Shown here: positions 59,551 through 64,000 of the stretch, piece by piece
How positions within the stretch are numbered: position 1 is the first letter of the stretch
Layout: every line of letters begins with the position of its first letter
From: a bacterium
GTDB lineage: Bacteria > Elusimicrobiota > Elusimicrobia > Elusimicrobiales > UBA9959
Direction of reading: 5' to 3'
Length of the DNA stretch: 64,000 nucleotides
Assembly (NCBI GenBank): GCA_021786295.1
Contig: JAJYNO010000025.1
Coordinates: 3,206-67,205, forward strand
Notes under the pieces: generated by a model
What the model was told of the DNA's origin: nothing
What the model saw: only the letters and a program-made list of their open reading frames with translations
The model's database searches: none
Made by a program: the position numbers and the translations under genes

Positions 59551-61206
59551 ATGAAAATGCTTCTGATATCCGCAGCGCTGCTGGTTCCCGCCGGTCTCTG
59601 CTCCGCGGCGGGCGGGGACGGGCCGCAGCTGCTGATGGCGCCTCCCCCGGCGTCCGTCAGCGTCGGCAGGACCGTCCTGTTCAGGACCGCCGCGGGCTAC
59701 CATTTCAACCTGAAGGCCCCGCAGGACTGCGGCCCGGCCAAGGCCTTCGACGTCACCGAGGGATCCCTGAAATGCCGCTTCGACGTCCCCGGCAGGCAGA
59801 GCGTAAGCCTCAAGATCTGCGCTAACAGCGAAAGTTCGTGCATGTTCGAGAATTTCGAGATACTGGTGAAAGGCGCTCCGGCCGCCAAGGCCGTAAAGAC
59901 GCCGGCTCCCGCGGCGCCCGGCGAGGCCCCCATGGAGGGTTTCCTTCTGAACTCCCCTGAAAAGGCTCTGGCCGAGGCGGTGAAGCAGCATAAACCGCTT
60001 TTCATAGACTTCTTCGCAAAGTGGTGCCCGCCGTGCCGCCTGATGGAGAGCACCGTTCTGGACAAGCCGCAGTTCCTGGAGGCTTCGTCCGGGATGGTGC
60101 GCGTCAGCATGGACATCGACAGGCCTTCCTCCAGGGAATGGATGAAGCGTTTCGGCGTCCGCGCTTTCCCCACTTACCTGGTGGCGGACCCCCGGCTGCG
60201 CGAGATCGGGCGCTGGCTGGGCAGCGGTAGCCTTCCCGCTTTTTCCGCCTGGGTGAAGGACCAGCGGCGCTGGGAGGACCTGCCGATAGCCGAGGCCGAG
60301 GCCAAGGTCTCGTCGCTGGACGCGGACGGCAGGCTGCGGGTGGCCAAGGCCCGCCTGGCGGAGAAGGACTGGAAGGCGGCCATGGACCTGCTCTCCGGCA
60401 TAAAGACCCGGGAGGCCGGGTTCCTGTACGCTTCGGCGCAGGTCTCCATGGCCGAGGACGACGCCAAGAAGGACGTGAAGGCCTCCACCGGCCCCGCCTC
60501 GCCGCTGGTGCCGGTCTACAGGGACGCTATAGCCCGTTTCGACGGCAGCGACGGCAAGGCGGCCGAGGCCGACGTCCTGGAATGGATAGGCGACCTCTAC
60601 AAGCTGGACCCGGCCGCGGCCAGGCCCTGGCTGGACGAGCTCCCGGTTCTGGTCAAGCGCTTCCTGGCCTCCAAAGAAACGGCCGCCGAGGGCTATGCTC
60701 CGGCCGATATCTACGTGACCGTGGCGGATACGCTGGACGGCGCCGGCCTCTCCAAAGAGGCCGCGCCCTACTACCTCGAGGCGGCGCGGGATTACGCCGC
60801 CCAGGCCGACAAGGCCTCCAGCCCGGACCGCGCCAAGGGCCTGCGCTATTCTCAGGCCAGGTACCTGATGGCGGCCGGCCGGACAGGGGAGGCCGCGTCC
60901 GTCTACGGGGGCCTGGCGCGCCGCTTTCCGGGGGAATACGCTTTTCACCGCGCCTACGCCGCGGCCCTGGCGAAGCTCGGGAAATACCCGGAGGCTCTGC
61001 GGGAGGCCCGCCTGGCGGAGAAGCTCTCCTACGGCGACGTACGCTACGGCATAATGATGCAGACGGCTAAGATACAGCTGGCGCATAAGGACAGGCGGGG
61101 GGCGGTGAAGACGCTTATGGCCGCCCTCGCCGGGGCGGAGGCGGAAAAGTCCGGCTACGCCTCCCCGATCCGGGAGTATCTGGACGAGGTCCGCAAGGGA
61201 AAATAA
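59551..61206 (+). CDS. Secreted thioredoxin-domain plus TPR-repeat protein
   Basis: Signal peptide, Cys-containing N-domain, DFFAKWCPPC, FPT, helical TPR-like C-terminus. Confidence 0.8.
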   Translation: MKMLLISAALLVPAGLCSAAGGDGPQLLMAPPPASVSVGRTVLFRTAAGYHFNLKAPQDCGPAKAFDVTEGSLKCRFDVPGRQSVSLKICANSESSCMFENFEILVKGAPAAKAVKTPAPAAPGEAPMEGFLLNSPEKALAEAVKQHKPLFIDFFAKWCPPCRLMESTVLDKPQFLEASSGMVRVSMDIDRPSSREWMKRFGVRAFPTYLVADPRLREIGRWLGSGSLPAFSAWVKDQRRWEDLPIAEAEAKVSSLDADGRLRVAKARLAEKDWKAAMDLLSGIKTREAGFLYASAQVSMAEDDAKKDVKASTGPASPLVPVYRDAIARFDGSDGKAAEADVLEWIGDLYKLDPAAARPWLDELPVLVKRFLASKETAAEGYAPADIYVTVADTLDGAGLSKEAAPYYLEAARDYAAQADKASSPDRAKGLRYSQARYLMAAGRTGEAASVYGGLARRFPGEYAFHRAYAAALAKLGKYPEALREARLAEKLSYGDVRYGIMMQTAKIQLAHKDRRGAVKTLMAALAGAEAEKSGYASPIREYLDEVRKGK

Positions 61207-61210
61207 CCGG

Positions 61211-62710
61211 ATGGACAGGACGGCCTATCTCAGCGTCTACGACAAGACAGGCCTGGAGGACTTCGCCCGGGGGCTGGAGGAGCTGGGCTTCAGCCTGTAC
61301 GCGTCCGGCTCCACCTACGGGCTGCTGGCCGAGGCCGGCATAGAGGCCGAAGAGGTCCGTTATTCGCAGCCGGTGCCGTGGGCCGTACTGAAGGCCCTCT
61401 CCGGCCGCTTCCCGGCCGTCACCGAGAACGGGGTCGAACTGCCCCGCTTCTACGTGGTGGCCTCCAACCTCTACCCCATCGCAGGCATAGTCGGGCAGGA
61501 GGACTTCTCCGACGAGGAGCTGCCAGGCTACCTGGACCAGGCCAATTCCGCGGTGCTGCGCGCCGCCGCCAGGGATTTCGGCGGAACGATAACCGTTTCC
61601 TCGCCTTCGGACTACGCTCCTGTCCTGGGGGCCCTGCGGGAGGCCGGCGGCCTGGAGCCTCAGGCCAAGCGCCGTCTTGCGGCCAAGGCCTGGGAGTGCC
61701 TGGCGGCCTACGAAGCGACGGTGGCGCAGCACCTTTCCGGCGCTGGCGAACTGCTCGGCGACGAGGTGGTGCTGAGCCTGAGCAAGGTGAGCGACCTGGC
61801 TTACGGCGAGAACAGGCACCAGAGGGCCGCTTTCTACGCGCTGAGCGGCGCCCGCCCCCGCGGCCTGAACGCCGCCCGGCTGCTCTGCGGCCCGCCGCCG
61901 AGCTTCAACCATTATCTTGACCTTAACGTCGGGGCGGAACTAGCGCTTGAATTCTCCGGCCCGGTCTGCGTCATCGCTAAGCACGACCGTCCCGCGTCGG
62001 TATGCGCCGGCTCCACCCAGGCGGAGAGCCTGCGCGGCGCCCTCGCGGCCGATCCAGCCGGAGCGGTTGGGGGGACGGCCGCGTTCAACAGCGAGGTGGA
62101 CGAGGAGACCGCCTCTCTGCTGTCCGGCACTTTCATAGAGACCGTGGCCGCTCCGGGCTGCGGCCCCGCGGCGCTGAAAGTGCTGCGGGCTAAGGAGGGG
62201 CTGCGCGTCCTGGCCGTGCCGCCGGCGGTGCTTTCGCCCCACGAGGTGGAGCTGCGCTCGGTCTCAGGGGGGCTGCTGATAGAGGCCAGGGACAACGCCC
62301 TGTTCGCCGCGGAGCCCTCCTGCGTGACCAGGCGCAGGCCTTCCGAGGCAGAGGCCGCCGCGCTGCTGCTGGCCTGGAAAACGGTGAAGTACGCCAAAAC
62401 CTACGCCGTGGTGCTCGCGGAGGGGCGCACCGTGACGGCCGTGAGCGCCTCCGAAAGCTCCACTTACGACGCGGTGCGCGGCGCTCTCTGGAAGATGCGC
62501 GGCAAGCGCTCCATACTCCCGGCCGCGGGACCGCTGGTGATGGCCGCTGACGCGGCGCTGCCGCTGAAGACGCTGCAGACCGCTCTGGCCGGGGGGGTCG
62601 CCGCCGTGATCCAGCCCGGCGGCTGGCAGGACGACGAGGACTGCGCCAGGCTCTGCGACTCCCGCAACGCCGCCATGCTCTTGGCCGGCATCCGCCATTT
62701 CCGGCACTGA
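61211..62710 (+). CDS. purH: PurH-like protein (AICAR transformylase/IMP cyclohydrolase), strongly degenerate
   Basis: LSVYDKTG, NLYP, YGENRHQ, KH, IQPGG, GIRHFRH; several canonical motifs missing. Confidence 0.8.
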   Translation: MDRTAYLSVYDKTGLEDFARGLEELGFSLYASGSTYGLLAEAGIEAEEVRYSQPVPWAVLKALSGRFPAVTENGVELPRFYVVASNLYPIAGIVGQEDFSDEELPGYLDQANSAVLRAAARDFGGTITVSSPSDYAPVLGALREAGGLEPQAKRRLAAKAWECLAAYEATVAQHLSGAGELLGDEVVLSLSKVSDLAYGENRHQRAAFYALSGARPRGLNAARLLCGPPPSFNHYLDLNVGAELALEFSGPVCVIAKHDRPASVCAGSTQAESLRGALAADPAGAVGGTAAFNSEVDEETASLLSGTFIETVAAPGCGPAALKVLRAKEGLRVLAVPPAVLSPHEVELRSVSGGLLIEARDNALFAAEPSCVTRRRPSEAEAAALLLAWKTVKYAKTYAVVLAEGRTVTAVSASESSTYDAVRGALWKMRGKRSILPAAGPLVMAADAALPLKTLQTALAGGVAAVIQPGGWQDDEDCARLCDSRNAAMLLAGIRHFRH

Positions 62711-62856
62711 TCTGCTATTATGCCCGGCCCGGCAGGAGCCAAAGCGATTTTTAAAAACGCGCCGGTCAAAAGCGCGGAAAATCGCCCGGGACGCGCGATG
62801 GATGTTTTTACGGTTTTTATGGTCCTGATGCCTACAGCCCCCGGGGGCCTGACTCC

Positions 62857-64000
62857 GTGACGTGGGGCCTTTTTGCCGCCGCGGCGCTTTCCGCCGCCGT
62901 CTGGCTGGCCTCTAGAGCGCGCCTGTCCGCAGCCGGAAAACGTGCGCTTGAAAAGCTGCCGGATACGATCGAGTTCGTCCGGGTTCCCGAAGACGAATGG
63001 TGGGACCGCGAGGCGGCCGAGCGCGTGACGAAGCCACTGCTGCGGAAAGGCTTCGCGGATCTGGGGGTTTACGCGGTCTTCCCGTTGTCGGGTTTCAAGC
63101 TGGGCGTATTGGTCAACGAGATGGATAAGGCCGCGGCGTTCGTCAGCGAGCGACCCAGGCATCTCGGGATCTCCCTGGAACTGAACGCCCGCTACGAGGA
63201 CGGAACGACCTTCATGCTGGTAGACCGCTCCGCCAACGGCGTCCCGGCCCCCCCTTTCTTCCGGGTGGTCTTCGATCCCTCGGGAACTCCGAGCGGCCAG
63301 CTTTACGAACGTTTCCTGCGCGAACGGCCCCAGGCCGGGATCAAGGCGGTCACGGAGCAGAACGTGTTCGGGCAGTACCAGGCGGCCTGGACAAGCATGG
63401 CGCGGTGGCAGAAGACCCGCGGACTGAGCGCCGAGGAGACGGGGGGGATCGCGCGGCGCTGCGCGCACGCCGCGGTACCGGGCGTCGCTGCGGAAGACGG
63501 CTCTGCGGACTTCCCCGGAGCGGGGAAACCGCGGGATACTATAGAGATCGACCGCCGGTCGGCCTCCCTGAGGCTGTCGTGGCGCTGGGGCCGCTCGGCA
63601 GCCGGGGCTTACTTCCTTTTTGTCTTCGCCTTCTTCTGGTGCGCCCTGGCGCATTTCCTCACCCATCTAGGAGAAGCCGGCCGCGTTCTGCCCGCGGACG
63701 ACTACGCTTTCCTGCTTGCCGGCGTGTTCCCGGGACTGGCGTACGCTTACGCCGGAGCCGCCATACTCTGGAACAGGACGGAGGTCCTCCTGGAGGGAGG
63801 ACGTCTGAAAGTCCGGCGCGGCCCTCTTCCCTGGCCCGGTTCCAGGGACCTGGACTCCTCCTTGATCAGCGGGATCTATGCCGAGGGATACGTCAGCCAT
63901 GAGGGCCGCGGAGGCGGCGGGACTTTCTACGAAGTCAAGCTGTCCCTCACGAGCGGGGAGGAGATCAGGCTGCTGGGCGGGCTCTCCAGCCCCGCGCGGG
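62857..64000 (+). CDS. Hypothetical membrane protein, truncated by the window edge
   Basis: Manual translation is open from GTG 62857 to the end: N-terminal hydrophobic segment, soluble domain, two TM helices, then a PH-like beta region (LWNRTEV..LKVRRGPLPWPG). Confidence 0.6.
   Translation, partial: MTWGLFAAAALSAAVWLASRARLSAAGKRALEKLPDTIEFVRVPEDEWWDREAAERVTKPLLRKGFADLGVYAVFPLSGFKLGVLVNEMDKAAAFVSERPRHLGISLELNARYEDGTTFMLVDRSANGVPAPPFFRVVFDPSGTPSGQLYERFLRERPQAGIKAVTEQNVFGQYQAAWTSMARWQKTRGLSAEETGGIARRCAHAAVPGVAAEDGSADFPGAGKPRDTIEIDRRSASLRLSWRWGRSAAGAYFLFVFAFFWCALAHFLTHLGEAGRVLPADDYAFLLAGVFPGLAYAYAGAAILWNRTEVLLEGGRLKVRRGPLPWPGSRDLDSSLISGIYAEGYVSHEGRGGGGTFYEVKLSLTSGEEIRLLGGLSSPAR

Overview
High-GC bacterial chromosomal window from a diderm organism (LptD, Tol-Pal). 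Gene content and codon style suggest Elusimicrobiota, which is an inference. Most of it is housekeeping: ispH, uvrB, nadC, birA, queG, smc, trxA, polA, coaE, rho, rpmE, prfA, prmC, murA, folC, lptD, tdk, tolB/cpoB/pal, hemW, nusB, ligA. The main discovery candidate is a pair of paralogous envelope loci (11.0-18.5 kb and 45.2-54.0 kb). Each combines (i) a secreted FecR-domain protein with a shared uncharacterised domain, (ii) a cognate uncharacterised outer-membrane beta-barrel, (iii) a PorV-like barrel and (iv) a cargo protein ending in a T9SS-like/FlgD-Ig C-terminal sorting domain. The first locus also has a repeat-containing tail-fibre-like protein with a compositionally foreign tip. This looks like a T9SS-related surface-export/display system outside Bacteroidota. 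Other oddities: an IspH-UbiA fusion with degenerate UbiA motifs, a DDE-less IS5-derived gene embedded in an operon, a degenerate PurH, a Q/N/G-rich Rho N-terminus with an internal promoter in coaE, several apparently leaderless genes, a MITE-like hairpin element and a 22-bp direct repeat. No rRNA, tRNA or CRISPR array was seen. All family assignments are by eye from motifs; no database search was run.
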